Notes: generated by a model from the letters alone, not told the origin. 61,987 nt of DNA from an uncultured Alphaproteobacteria bacterium (GCA_944392225.1 CALXWB010000005.1:1-61987), one strand, 5' to 3'; positions 37,521-47,577 are shown, numbered from the stretch's first letter. Program-made: numbers and translations.

Positions 37521-37596
37521 ATATAAATTACAAAAATATATTGATTTATTTTCTTTAGCAGAGTATTTATGTGGCACTAATTTAAATTTTTGTGTC

Positions 37597-38010
37597 ATGA
37601 ATATATTTTTATCTGTTATCATTGTTTTGGTCTTTGCAGCTACCTATATTTTGCAAGCGCCAAAACTGGTTCGTCGTAAATTGAGGGCAGAAACGCTTAT
37701 TCTTTCCACATTGCTGGAATATTTGCTGTTGTTTCTGTTCAATGCTCAACATGAAAACATCCTTTTTATCTTTTCGGGAGCGTTGTTGGTTCAGTTTCTG
37801 GTTTCTTTTGGTTTTGCTTTTTATCGTCAAAGCAAACATAATGCAAAAACCAAAGAGATTAAAAAAATGCGTAACGCAACACTTTATTCCTATGACAATT
37901 TGATAAAAAAAGAAAATGCAAAGTCTGCCGCTTATTTTAGATTGGCACTGAATGCTTTTGTTTTTCATGTTGCTTGTTTTGTGGTGTTTTTGGGCCTATC
38001 CTGCCTTTAG
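37597..38010 (+). CDS. Hypothetical small membrane protein
   Basis: The ORF is 137 aa with 3-4 hydrophobic segments. A terminator follows. Confidence 0.45.
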   Translation: MNIFLSVIIVLVFAATYILQAPKLVRRKLRAETLILSTLLEYLLLFLFNAQHENILFIFSGALLVQFLVSFGFAFYRQSKHNAKTKEIKKMRNATLYSYDNLIKKENAKSAAYFRLALNAFVFHVACFVVFLGLSCL

Positions 38011-38025
38011 GCAAATATGCGACAA

Positions 38026-38065
38026 TAAAAAAACGTTCACGTTTGCAACCGTGAACGTTTTTTTT
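38026..38065. terminator. Bidirectional terminator between convergent 37597-38010 and 38083-38454
   Basis: aacgttcacg (38032-38041) pairs with cgtgaacgtt (38050-38059), flanked by A-run and T-run. Confidence 0.8.
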
Positions 38066-38082
38066 GTTTTCTTATATACTAC

Positions 38083-38454
38083 CTATTTGTGGGAAGAATA
38101 CCTGATTTCATCTTCCGACAAAATGATATAGTCGCCATCTTGGGGAACATACTTCCATTCCGTTTTTCCCATGGCGAGCCAACTATGACCAACACCAAAT
38201 TTTCTAACCTCTGTTCCCTCTTGAGGAACCAAAATGGCTTGGCGCGGCGTTTGCCCGGCATATGCCTTAACATAAAGGTAGTAAGGCACATTTTCTTTTT
38301 TCACTTCGGCTATAAATGCAACATAGCCGCTGTTTTTTCCATCTTGCGGGTAAATTCGCCCCGGGAAAAAACTTTCATTCGTCAACTCAAAACCTGCCTC
38401 CCTTGCTTTTTCTACAGCCTGAGAAGCCTTGTTAATGTATTCACATTCACTCAT
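38083..38454 (-). CDS. Hypothetical protein
   Basis: The ORF is 123 aa with an ATG start and no recognisable family. It has its own terminator. Confidence 0.45.
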   Translation of the reverse strand: MSECEYINKASQAVEKAREAGFELTNESFFPGRIYPQDGKNSGYVAFIAEVKKENVPYYLYVKAYAGQTPRQAILVPQEGTEVRKFGVGHSWLAMGKTEWKYVPQDGDYIILSEDEIRYSSHK

Positions 38455-38545
38455 AATAGTATTTTTTTTAAAGGTTTATAATAAGATTCACTATGGCGTT
38501 GAAAGTAACACCTACAGTACTATTGTCAATCTTTTTTATTTTTTC

Positions 38546-38589
38546 CCCAGAAAAAGAGCCTTATTTTTTTTACAAACAAGGCTCTTTTC
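38546..38589 (-). terminator. Probable terminator downstream of tkt
   Basis: agagcctt (38555-38562) pairs with aaggctct (38578-38585) across a 15-nt loop. The minus-strand reading gives a T5 tail. Confidence 0.4.
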
Positions 38590-38593
38590 TTCG

Positions 38594-40570
38594 CTATTTT
38601 GCTATTTTTTTAACGGCTTCTATCACTTTTTCTACCGTTATGCCAAAGTGCTTAAACAGCTCTCCGGCCGGGCCTGACGCACCGAAGCCATCCATACCGA
38701 TGATTGCTCCATCCATCCCAACATAGCGTTCCCAACCATATTTGGCAGCAGCTTCCACGGCAACACGCGGCGCTTTGCCCAAAACTTTTTCTTTATACTC
38801 CTTGCTTTGCGCATCAAACAGCTCGCAACAAGGCATGGACACCACGGCTGCTTCAATGCCCTCTTCGCGCAATTTTTGCTGCGCCTCTACCGCCAAAGAA
38901 ACTTCCGAACCGGTGGCAATAATCGTGGCTTGTCTTTTCTTGCCTTCTCTCACATCAGAGATGATATATCCCCCCTTGGCGGTTAGATTTTCTGAAACTG
39001 ACGTTCTTAGCATCGGCAAGCCTTGTCTGGTTAAGGCCAAGATACTCGGCGTATGTTCACTTTGAAGCGCAATCTTCCAAGCTTCTGCCGTTTCTACCAC
39101 ATCGCAGGGGCGGAAAGTATAAATATTCGGCATGGCGCGGTATGAGGCCAAATGCTCAATCGGCTGATGGGTCGGACCGTCTTCGCCGACACCGATTGAA
39201 TCGTGGGTCAAAACATAAATCACTCTTATTCCCATCAAGGCAGCCAAACGCATGGCAGGGCGCATGTAATCCGAAAAGACGAAGAAAGTTCCGCCATACG
39301 GAATAACGCCGCCGTGCAAGGCCAAGCCGTTCATTATTGCGCCCATGGCGTGTTCTCTGATGCCATACATCAGATTATTGCCGTTATAATCTTCTTTGGT
39401 GATGGTTTTCATACCACTCACAAAAGTCAGGTTAGAAGCGGCTAAATCTGCCGAACCGCCGATGATTTGCGGAACATTCGGCACAATTTGTTCCAGACAC
39501 ATTTGGCTGGCTTTGCGCGTGGCCACTTTGGTCTTCTCTTCCATTGCCTTTTGCGCCATGGCTAACAAATCTTTATCCCAATTTTGCGGCAATTTGCCGG
39601 CAATCACATCTAAAAATTCTCTGTCTTTTCCTTTTGCTCTTTCTTCCCATGCGGCATATTCTTTTTCATGAGCTTTGCCACATTCTCTCCAGGCGGTCAT
39701 AACCTCGGCCGGAACTTCAAACGGTGCATAAGTCCAATTCAAATTCTTTCTCATGGCGGCCACTTCTTCCGCACCCAGCGGCGAACCGTGGCATTTGCTG
39801 GTGCCGCATTTGGTCGGCGCCCCAAAGCCGATTTTGGTTTTGCAGGCAATCAATGTCGGCTTATCTGATTTTTGCGCCTTGGCAAGGGCTTTTTCAATCT
39901 CTTCATAATTATGGCCGTCAACCTCTATCGTATTCCAGCCCACGGCTTTGAAACGAGCGATTTGGTCTGTGGAGTTGGCTTTATCTACCGTGCCGTCTAT
40001 TGTGATATTATTATTATCCCAAAGAACAATCAGCTTATTTAAGCCCCAATGGCCGGCCAGCGAAATGGCTTCTTCCGATATGCCTTCCATCAGGCAGCCG
40101 TCACCGCAAATCACATAGGTATAGTGGTTGCAAACCTCTTCGCCATATTTGGCGGCAAGCACTCTTTCGGCCATGGCCATGCCCACGGCCGAGCTGATGC
40201 CTTGTCCCAAAGGCCCGGTGGTCATATCTATCCCTGCCAGATGGCCATATTCCGGGTGGCCTGCCGTTTTGGCTCCCAATTGGCGAAAGTTTTTGATATC
40301 TTCTATATTAATATCCTCATAGCCCATCAAATATAGCAAAGAATAAAGCAGCATTGAGCCATGCCCTGCCGATAAAACAAACCTGTCTCTATCAAACCAG
40401 CGCGGTGCTTTGGGATTGAGCTTGATGAACTTTGAAAACAAAACCGTTGCCACATCGGCCATACCTAAAGGCATGCCGGGGTGGCCCGATTGTGATTTTT
40501 CAATGGCATCGGCGCTCAAAAATCGGATGGCATTGGCCATCAAGCTCAAAGATGCTGTTTCTTTATTCAT
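38594..40570 (-). CDS. tkt: Transketolase
   Basis: The ORF is 658 aa. It carries SGHPGMPLGMADV, GDGCLMEGIS and GEDGPTHQPIEHL motifs. Confidence 0.96.
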   Translation of the reverse strand: MNKETASLSLMANAIRFLSADAIEKSQSGHPGMPLGMADVATVLFSKFIKLNPKAPRWFDRDRFVLSAGHGSMLLYSLLYLMGYEDINIEDIKNFRQLGAKTAGHPEYGHLAGIDMTTGPLGQGISSAVGMAMAERVLAAKYGEEVCNHYTYVICGDGCLMEGISEEAISLAGHWGLNKLIVLWDNNNITIDGTVDKANSTDQIARFKAVGWNTIEVDGHNYEEIEKALAKAQKSDKPTLIACKTKIGFGAPTKCGTSKCHGSPLGAEEVAAMRKNLNWTYAPFEVPAEVMTAWRECGKAHEKEYAAWEERAKGKDREFLDVIAGKLPQNWDKDLLAMAQKAMEEKTKVATRKASQMCLEQIVPNVPQIIGGSADLAASNLTFVSGMKTITKEDYNGNNLMYGIREHAMGAIMNGLALHGGVIPYGGTFFVFSDYMRPAMRLAALMGIRVIYVLTHDSIGVGEDGPTHQPIEHLASYRAMPNIYTFRPCDVVETAEAWKIALQSEHTPSILALTRQGLPMLRTSVSENLTAKGGYIISDVREGKKRQATIIATGSEVSLAVEAQQKLREEGIEAAVVSMPCCELFDAQSKEYKEKVLGKAPRVAVEAAAKYGWERYVGMDGAIIGMDGFGASGPAGELFKHFGITVEKVIEAVKKIAK

Positions 40571-40588
40571 GGTATTCTCCTTACTTAA

Positions 40589-41212
40589 TTATTCGGCAAA
40601 GGTGCCGTCTTGGTTATAGAGCGGCGGATATTCTTTTATTTTTGTTTCATAGACCTCATTTTCAGGGGCCGTGTCATCATATTCCATATCCACATCAAAA
40701 AAGCGCTGATTATAGGCTTTTTCTTTGGGTGAGATAACCAGTCCGGCAAAAATTTCAAACTCATACATCATCTCTTGCGGAATTTTGACCTCAACCGTTT
40801 TGCCCTTGAACTCTTTTTCATTTTCGTCTGCGGATAATGAAACGGCTTCAAAATAGGCCTTTTTGCCCAAAAATGCCGGCGGCCCTTTTATGGTGTTGGT
40901 AAACCAGGAAAACTGAATGTCATTTTCATCGCTCTTTTGCAATCTTTTAACCACAAATATCGGCGTGATGACGGCTTTTTCCTGTTTGACCCTATCATCA
41001 AAATAGCAAAAAGACTCCGTCCCCTTAAGCTCCACCATAAAGTTGTCTTTATAATTGACAATTTGGATTAATTTGGCGTCTTCTCGTTTGATGGTTATCA
41101 GCGGGCATTGTTTATAGCCTTCCGGGGCATCATCCAACAGAAGCACGCAGCCCGATATGAAAAACAAAAGAAAAATTGCACTTATTTTTTTTATCATCGG
41201 AATTGTTCCCAT
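40589..41212 (-). CDS. Hypothetical lipoprotein
   Basis: It has the lipobox LFFISGC near the N-terminus and is packed between the methyltransferase gene and tkt. The start may instead be the ATG at 41197. Confidence 0.55.
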   Translation of the reverse strand: MGTIPMIKKISAIFLLFFISGCVLLLDDAPEGYKQCPLITIKREDAKLIQIVNYKDNFMVELKGTESFCYFDDRVKQEKAVITPIFVVKRLQKSDENDIQFSWFTNTIKGPPAFLGKKAYFEAVSLSADENEKEFKGKTVEVKIPQEMMYEFEIFAGLVISPKEKAYNQRFFDVDMEYDDTAPENEVYETKIKEYPPLYNQDGTFAE

Positions 41213-41245
41213 TTATATATTTTATCTCAATATATAAATGATATT

Positions 41246-42382
41246 TTATTTTGTAAATAAGGCAACCAACTCGCTGTGATTAGAATAGGAAAACTGGTCT
41301 ATCATCGTGATTTCTTTGAGCTTGTAGCCGCAAGAAAGCAAAACCTCGGCATCTTGCACAAAGCTGTGCGGATTGCAGGAAACGGCAATTATCCTTTGCG
41401 GCATTTTAGCCTCATCCATGGCGGCTATCTCTTTGACCTGCGCCAAAGCTCCGGCACGCGGCGGATCAAAAACAACCACATCAAAGGCTTCCAACTCTTT
41501 GGCGGAAAGAGGATATTTGAACAAGTTTTTTTCTTTTATCTCAATGTTGGCAATTTGATTTTTGTTGATGGATTGTTGGAAACCGGCCAACAGCGATTTT
41601 GAGGAATCAATTGCCACAATCTTGTGCTCTTTGTTTTGAGACATGGGATAAGAAAATGTGCCGATGCCGCAAAACAAATCGGCTATTGACAATTTTCCTT
41701 GCGGCAGATAGCCCATGACCAAATCTATCATCTTTTGCTCGGAAATTTTGCTTGCTTGCAAAAATGTGCCGGCCGAAATATAAACATCATAGCCAGAGTT
41801 TTTGATATAAGGTTTGGCTTTTTCCAACAAGGTTTGCGCCTCGGCAAACTCATTTTTGCGGTGCGATATGCGTATGATATCTTCCCTATTTTGGATAAAG
41901 TCCGAAATTTCCATCTGATAATCAAGCGTGATATCTTTTTCAAACTCCAAAACCATATCTATCCCGTTATCGGCCTGCGTTAACAAAACATCTCCCGTGT
42001 GCAGGTTTTCATAGCCGATAACTTTGTTTTTTTTCTTTTGCGGGATTTTTATTTGGCACAATTTTAAGATTAATTCTTTAACAGCCGGCAAACAGGCGTT
42101 GAGTTTTGCCGTTAAAAGCGGGCAATTTTCAATATCTACAATCTCGGCACTTTGTTTTTGATTATATCCCAAAACGAGCTTGCCTTTTTTGTAAGAAAAA
42201 GCAAAGGCAGCACGACGTCTTTGCCCGTCACCCACAAAAAACGGCTCGTTAAAACGATATTCCTGCGCAGAAAGCCGTTGTAAAATGCTTTGAAGCTTGG
42301 CCACTTTTTCTTCGCGATATTTTGTTTCGGGCAAATCTCTATATATGCAGCCGCCGCAAAGGCCTTGATATTGACAACTCAT
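41246..42382 (-). CDS. RumA/RlmD-family SAM-dependent RNA (uracil-5-)-methyltransferase lacking the TRAM domain
   Basis: It has the Fe-S ligand pattern C-x5-C-x2-C (CQYQGLCGGC) plus ENCPLL. It also carries the SAM motif DLFCGIGTFS, DPPRAG, and a C-terminal catalytic Cys region (VSCNP). Confidence 0.8.
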   Translation of the reverse strand: MSCQYQGLCGGCIYRDLPETKYREEKVAKLQSILQRLSAQEYRFNEPFFVGDGQRRRAAFAFSYKKGKLVLGYNQKQSAEIVDIENCPLLTAKLNACLPAVKELILKLCQIKIPQKKKNKVIGYENLHTGDVLLTQADNGIDMVLEFEKDITLDYQMEISDFIQNREDIIRISHRKNEFAEAQTLLEKAKPYIKNSGYDVYISAGTFLQASKISEQKMIDLVMGYLPQGKLSIADLFCGIGTFSYPMSQNKEHKIVAIDSSKSLLAGFQQSINKNQIANIEIKEKNLFKYPLSAKELEAFDVVVFDPPRAGALAQVKEIAAMDEAKMPQRIIAVSCNPHSFVQDAEVLLSCGYKLKEITMIDQFSYSNHSELVALFTK

Positions 42383-42389
42383 AAAGCAC

Positions 42390-44144
42390 CTATTTCATAT
42401 CTTCTTCATCAACCCCCAACAAAGGATAACTGTTTTCTTTGGTTTCTATTTGCGGGTTGTTTGATTGAATGTGATTGGATTCAATGCCGTCAAGCAAAGA
42501 TATTTCTTCATTTTCTTCTTTATCAAATATCGGGTGGCGGCTGTTTAACTCATTGTTTATTCTTTCTTGCGCTTCTTTGTTGTCAAAGGCGGCCAAGTCT
42601 TCCTTGCTGAAAATTTCTACTCGGTTTCTGCCTCCTTCTTTGGCTTTATACAACGCCTCGTCAGCCGTTTTTATCAGGGTATCTATGTTGTCGGAAACCT
42701 CTGATGACGAAACACCGATACTCACGGTAAAACGAACTTCCTGCCCTTCATCCGAATAAACAACAATCTCTGATATTTGTTCCCGCAAGCGGTCGGCCAC
42801 AATCTTGCCTTTTTGTGCATCTACCCCTGACAAAAAGACCACAAACTCTTCTCCGCCATAGCGTGCCACGATATCATCATTACGCAGCGCTTTTTCACAT
42901 GTGGCGGCCAGCTCTATCAAAACTTTATCTCCGGTTTTGTGGCCATAGGTGTCGTTGACGTTTTTAAAGTGGTCGGCATCTATCATCAAAACACTAAACG
43001 GTTGGTTGTTGACCTTGGCATCAACAATGCGCTTGAACACTTCTTCCTCAAAATAACGACGATTGAAAATAGCCGTCAGCGGATCTCGCGTGGCCTGATT
43101 TTTAAGTAAAGCTTCGCGGCTCTTGCGCGAGGTTATATCTTGGAAAGCCATGTATAGTGCCACATCATAGTTATAATCTATAATATTGGCTGACGCCAAA
43201 AGCCAGAACGGCGTGTTGCCCATCGGGGTTTTGACCAAAATTTCAAAATCTTGAACCACACGTTCTTTTTCCAAACGCTCGTTCAAAATTTTGCGATTTT
43301 CCGAATCGGCAAAAAAATCTTTCAAATGATAACGTTCAAGCTCATCTGACATGATATCAAACAACTTTACGGCATTGGTGTTGGCAACCAACAATCTATC
43401 ATCGCTCAAGCGCGATATGATGATTGGGAAAGGTGAATATTTGATGATTTCGTCTATCCGATTGTAGCTTTTTTCAACCTCGGCGTTGCTATCATCATAT
43501 TTTTTCGCATAAAAATCTGTTTTCATCATCAAAATGGCAAGAGAAAACATTGCGTATACACAGGCCGGCAGATACCACGAAACTTCTATAAAATAATTTA
43601 TACCGATGAACTTGAAAAACATAATCAAAGAGGCAAAAATGCCGCTCATGCTCATCATGACAAAACCGCTGTTCCTTTTTTTGTTGCACTGGATTAAGCA
43701 GCCAAATGTTAAATATATGAAACCGACCAACGGGAATATATTGTGCATTTGCGTTATCATCTTGTTATTGGGATATATAAACAAGAAAAAGATTATTCCG
43801 ATGATGCCGAGAGCGCCCAAACCATATATTATGATTTTATCTTGAGAATCGGCTTTCATCAGTTTTGACACATAAGCACACAAAAACAACATGGCGCCCA
43901 AACGCATCAAAAGTTCTACAAAAACCCACCAATCAACCGCTTCTCCCTGCGCAAAAAGCTTGTTGGAATATTGCGATATATAGATGGAAAAAAAGTCCAG
44001 CAATATGGCTGTGAAAAAAAGCCACAATTCTTTATCTCTTTTGTTGTATGACGTTGTATATATGCACGAAAACAATAATATTGCCAGCGACAAATAGGTG
44101 ATGTTGGAATATAGCGCCTGGCTTAAAATCAATGTTGTTCCCAT
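42390..44144 (-). CDS. Diguanylate cyclase: about 8-TM N-terminal sensor, PAS-like domain, and a GGDEF domain with an I-site
   Basis: It has a GGEEF active site with RNDD exactly 5 residues upstream (the RxxD I-site). A PAS-like region spans about aa 230-340. Confidence 0.88.
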   Translation of the reverse strand: MGTTLILSQALYSNITYLSLAILLFSCIYTTSYNKRDKELWLFFTAILLDFFSIYISQYSNKLFAQGEAVDWWVFVELLMRLGAMLFLCAYVSKLMKADSQDKIIIYGLGALGIIGIIFFLFIYPNNKMITQMHNIFPLVGFIYLTFGCLIQCNKKRNSGFVMMSMSGIFASLIMFFKFIGINYFIEVSWYLPACVYAMFSLAILMMKTDFYAKKYDDSNAEVEKSYNRIDEIIKYSPFPIIISRLSDDRLLVANTNAVKLFDIMSDELERYHLKDFFADSENRKILNERLEKERVVQDFEILVKTPMGNTPFWLLASANIIDYNYDVALYMAFQDITSRKSREALLKNQATRDPLTAIFNRRYFEEEVFKRIVDAKVNNQPFSVLMIDADHFKNVNDTYGHKTGDKVLIELAATCEKALRNDDIVARYGGEEFVVFLSGVDAQKGKIVADRLREQISEIVVYSDEGQEVRFTVSIGVSSSEVSDNIDTLIKTADEALYKAKEGGRNRVEIFSKEDLAAFDNKEAQERINNELNSRHPIFDKEENEEISLLDGIESNHIQSNNPQIETKENSYPLLGVDEEDMK

Positions 44145-44281
44145 TAGTTGTATACCTCAATTTTATTTTCGTTTTGTTGGTAGATTAGTGCAAGAGCGTT
44201 AATATAAAACTAAAACTGATTAAAAAATTGATGATAATTTAATTTTTTTATTATAAGATAAAACCGTTTTCTAAAAAGAAG

Positions 44282-45472
44282 ATGTTAAAGGATTATGTAA
44301 TGAAAAAAAATATTCCGCACCATTATAGTTATGATTTCAAGCTCAATATTGACAAAGTTCCTTCCAAAGAATCGGACAGAATCAACTTAAAAATTTTGCT
44401 CCCAGGAATGTTTCTCGGTCTGATTTTGCTGCTTCTCGGTGTGTTTGAGCTGGCCAACACTTTTTACGGCGGCAACCTTTTGTTCAACAGATTCATTGCA
44501 GAAAACACAGCTTATAACTCTTTTCTTTCTCCCGCTTTTTTTGACAGTTGCATCATCATCCTCGGCCTGGGCATTATATTTTCTTTAATCTTGTCTTATC
44601 TGCGTTATAAAAAGATTTTTTATGACGGCAAAAAAATTACCATGATTAACCGAGATGCCTTGGGCAAAAAAGTCACTTATCAAAATAATATTTCCGACTT
44701 TTTGGGGGTGATGTTTCGTGTGGAGTTTGTGCAATGCGGCTTTATTGCCAAAAATATTTATATTATTGAACTTCAACACAAAAACTATAACCAGACCGTG
44801 CCTTTATATATCTCCACTTCCGGCAAAAATATTCGGCAAATTTGGGTGGATTATGCCAAAAAACTTAACCTGCCGACCTTGCTTTATACCGATGAAGGAA
44901 TCTTAAAGCGCGATGTGCCCGATTTGGACAAGTCTTTAACCGAAATGGTTGATATTTGGAACCTGCGCGGCAAATTTAACCCCAATGCCAAACACTCTTT
45001 CCGCATTGCCGTTAAACAAATGCCCGACAAAATCATCATCAAATCAAGAAAAATTTTGTGGGACGCGTTCAATATCTTTGGGCTGTTTTGCCTCATTGTG
45101 GTGTTGATGACTTATTTTATGGTCCATACGCATGCCGAAATTTTTTCGCCAACTTTTCTTTTGTGCTTTAATACCTTTTGCTTTTTTATCTTGTTTACCG
45201 CAATTTTTGTTATGTTCAGAAAAGATAAACTCATCATCAAAAAAGATAAAATCGTTAATACTCACAAATATTTGTTCTTTTCTACCAAGCATGATGAAAT
45301 CTTGAAAAAAGATATTAAGGGCATATATGTCACGTTCAACCCTGCAACGGAAAGATATTTTGTCACCATCACCTCCAGCGAAAAAAACATTATCTTCGGC
45401 AAAAAACTGCCCATCAAAGATTTAAAGTGGGTCAAAAATTTCTTGGTGGAACTGCTGATTAATGAAAAATAA
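44282..45472 (+). CDS. Hypothetical membrane protein (two pairs of TM segments separated by soluble domains)
   Basis: The ORF is 396 aa. An alternative start is the ATG at 44300, preceded by AAGGA. I recognise no family. Confidence 0.5.
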   Translation: MLKDYVMKKNIPHHYSYDFKLNIDKVPSKESDRINLKILLPGMFLGLILLLLGVFELANTFYGGNLLFNRFIAENTAYNSFLSPAFFDSCIIILGLGIIFSLILSYLRYKKIFYDGKKITMINRDALGKKVTYQNNISDFLGVMFRVEFVQCGFIAKNIYIIELQHKNYNQTVPLYISTSGKNIRQIWVDYAKKLNLPTLLYTDEGILKRDVPDLDKSLTEMVDIWNLRGKFNPNAKHSFRIAVKQMPDKIIIKSRKILWDAFNIFGLFCLIVVLMTYFMVHTHAEIFSPTFLLCFNTFCFFILFTAIFVMFRKDKLIIKKDKIVNTHKYLFFSTKHDEILKKDIKGIYVTFNPATERYFVTITSSEKNIIFGKKLPIKDLKWVKNFLVELLINEK

Positions 45473-45541
45473 GCTTGGATTATATTTTTCTTTGATATAT
45501 ATCTTTAATTAAAAATATGTATCTTGATTTGGAGAAGGTAA

Positions 45542-46222
45542 ATGAAAAAGAAAAAACTCCCCGAACAGCATAATGATTTTGAAGATGCTTTTATTCGCGA
45601 GATTGATGAAGATTTAAAAAATGAAAAATTGAAAAGAATCTGGGACAAATACGGCCTGTTTATTATCATTTTTGTTACGGTTGCCATTTTTGCCGCCGTC
45701 AGCTTTGAAACTTTTATTGCTTGGAAAGACAAAAGAAACCAAGAAATGTCCGATACTTTTGCTTATGCACTCAACCTGCAAAACCAGGGACGCAACACCG
45801 AAGCCTTTGCCGTTTTGAACAGATTAAAAGATTCTGAACGAGGAATCTATGCCGATATTGCACAAATGCAAATGGCCGATATGCTCATTGAACAAAACAA
45901 GCTCCCAGAAGCCATCAACCTTTTGCAAGAAATTTGCAATAATGATGATTTTAACCCGCAGCTGCATGATGTAGCCGTTCTCAAGCTTGCCTCTTACAAG
46001 CTCAATGATGCTCCGGCAAACGAGATTGAACAATTGCTTGCCCCGTTGACCTCCGAGCAAAGCCTGTGGAACAATGCCGCCAAAGAGATTTTGGCCATGC
46101 TTGCCTTGCGCGAAAAAAACTTTGCCGAAGCTAAAAGGCTTTATCAGGAAATCAGCCTCAACCCCAAAGCCTCAGACAGCATGAAAAGTCGGGCTTTGAA
46201 TATGATTAATGTCTTGGAATAA
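45542..46222 (+). CDS. YfgM-like TPR membrane protein
   Basis: The ORF is 226 aa, with a single TM segment after a charged N-terminus and a helical-repeat C-terminal domain. It sits directly upstream of bamB-der, as yfgM does in E. coli. Confidence 0.55.
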   Translation: MKKKKLPEQHNDFEDAFIREIDEDLKNEKLKRIWDKYGLFIIIFVTVAIFAAVSFETFIAWKDKRNQEMSDTFAYALNLQNQGRNTEAFAVLNRLKDSERGIYADIAQMQMADMLIEQNKLPEAINLLQEICNNDDFNPQLHDVAVLKLASYKLNDAPANEIEQLLAPLTSEQSLWNNAAKEILAMLALREKNFAEAKRLYQEISLNPKASDSMKSRALNMINVLE

Positions 46223-46248
46223 ATCTATTTTTATAAGGAAAAGTGCTC

Positions 46249-47577
46249 ATGATCTGCAAAAAATATTCTGTTGCCCTGTGCTGCGTGGCAATGTTGCTCT
46301 CTTCTTGCGGAATGTTTGATAAAGAACGTTTGAATATTGACGGCGAGCGCGTCTCGGTTTTGCAAGAATCTAAAATGCTGGCCCCTGATTTTGAAGCCGG
46401 GCAGATTAAGATCACGCTTCCCAAACCCTATGCCAACAACTCCTGGAAACAAAACGGCGGAAACTCTTTACACCGCATGGAGCATCTCAATGCCTCTTCC
46501 AATTTGAAAAAACTTTGGGATAGTAGCTTTGGCACCGGGAGCTCAAAACGCGATTATCTGATTGCCGCCCCGGTGATTGCTTACAAAGTGGTGTTTACCA
46601 TTGATGCCAACGCCGAAGTTAAGGCTTTTCGCCTGGATGACGGCGAAGAAATTTGGAGCAAACAACTTTCCCCAAAATTTGAAGATGAATATGAAATTTC
46701 CATGAAGGGCGCCGGCTTGGCTGAGTTTGACAAGAAAATTTATGCCACGACAGGTTTCGGCAGCGTTTTTGCTTTGGATATGAAAACAGGCAAACAACTC
46801 TGGCGCATGGATGAATCTTCTCCCATCAGAATTGCCCCGACCGTTGCCAACAACAGAGTTTTTGTGCAAACCATTGATAACACTTTGATTGCACTTGATG
46901 CACAAACGGGTAAAGAGCTTTGGCGCCAAAAAACCGCAACCGAAGCCACAACTTTGGTCGGCGGTGCCAGCCCGGCCTATGATCCTTATCAAGATGTGGT
47001 TATTGCCGCCTTTTCTACCGGCGAGTTGAAAGCTTATAAGGCTTCTACCGGCTCAGAATTGTGGAGCAATTTGTTGGTTTCTTATCGCCGCACAAACTCT
47101 CTTTCCAGCATAAACGGTATCAAAGCAAACCCCATTATTGACGGAGACGTGGTCTTTGCCATGGGACATTCTAATATTTTGGCCGCAATCGATTTGCGCA
47201 CCGGCAACAAAATTTGGGAAAGAGAAATCGGCGGCAGTTCTCAGCCTTGGGTCGCCGGAAAATATCTTTTTGTTTTGGACGATGCTTTCAACCTGATGGC
47301 TTTGGAAAAAAGCAGCGGAAAAATTGTCTGGAACACCAATGTGCCGGTAACCAATAATGATGAAAACACGGCCGGCGTTTTTGCCAAAGGTCCTGTTTTG
47401 GCCGGCAACCGCTTGCTTATCAGCGCTTCAAACGGATATGTCTTTGCCGTTTCTCCTTACAACGGCAAGATTTTGGGTTATATCAGCTTGTCTGACGGGG
47501 TGAGTGTTTCTCCCGTTATTGCACGCGGCATTGTTGTCTTTACAACGGCTGATGCCGAAATCGTGGCTTATAAATAA
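46249..47577 (+). CDS. bamB: Outer membrane protein assembly factor BamB (PQQ-like beta-propeller lipoprotein)
   Basis: It has the lipobox LLSSCG and repeated G..lW motifs. It lies upstream of der. I prefer the ATG at 46249 over the GTG at 46243. Confidence 0.85.
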   Translation: MICKKYSVALCCVAMLLSSCGMFDKERLNIDGERVSVLQESKMLAPDFEAGQIKITLPKPYANNSWKQNGGNSLHRMEHLNASSNLKKLWDSSFGTGSSKRDYLIAAPVIAYKVVFTIDANAEVKAFRLDDGEEIWSKQLSPKFEDEYEISMKGAGLAEFDKKIYATTGFGSVFALDMKTGKQLWRMDESSPIRIAPTVANNRVFVQTIDNTLIALDAQTGKELWRQKTATEATTLVGGASPAYDPYQDVVIAAFSTGELKAYKASTGSELWSNLLVSYRRTNSLSSINGIKANPIIDGDVVFAMGHSNILAAIDLRTGNKIWEREIGGSSQPWVAGKYLFVLDDAFNLMALEKSSGKIVWNTNVPVTNNDENTAGVFAKGPVLAGNRLLISASNGYVFAVSPYNGKILGYISLSDGVSVSPVIARGIVVFTTADAEIVAYK

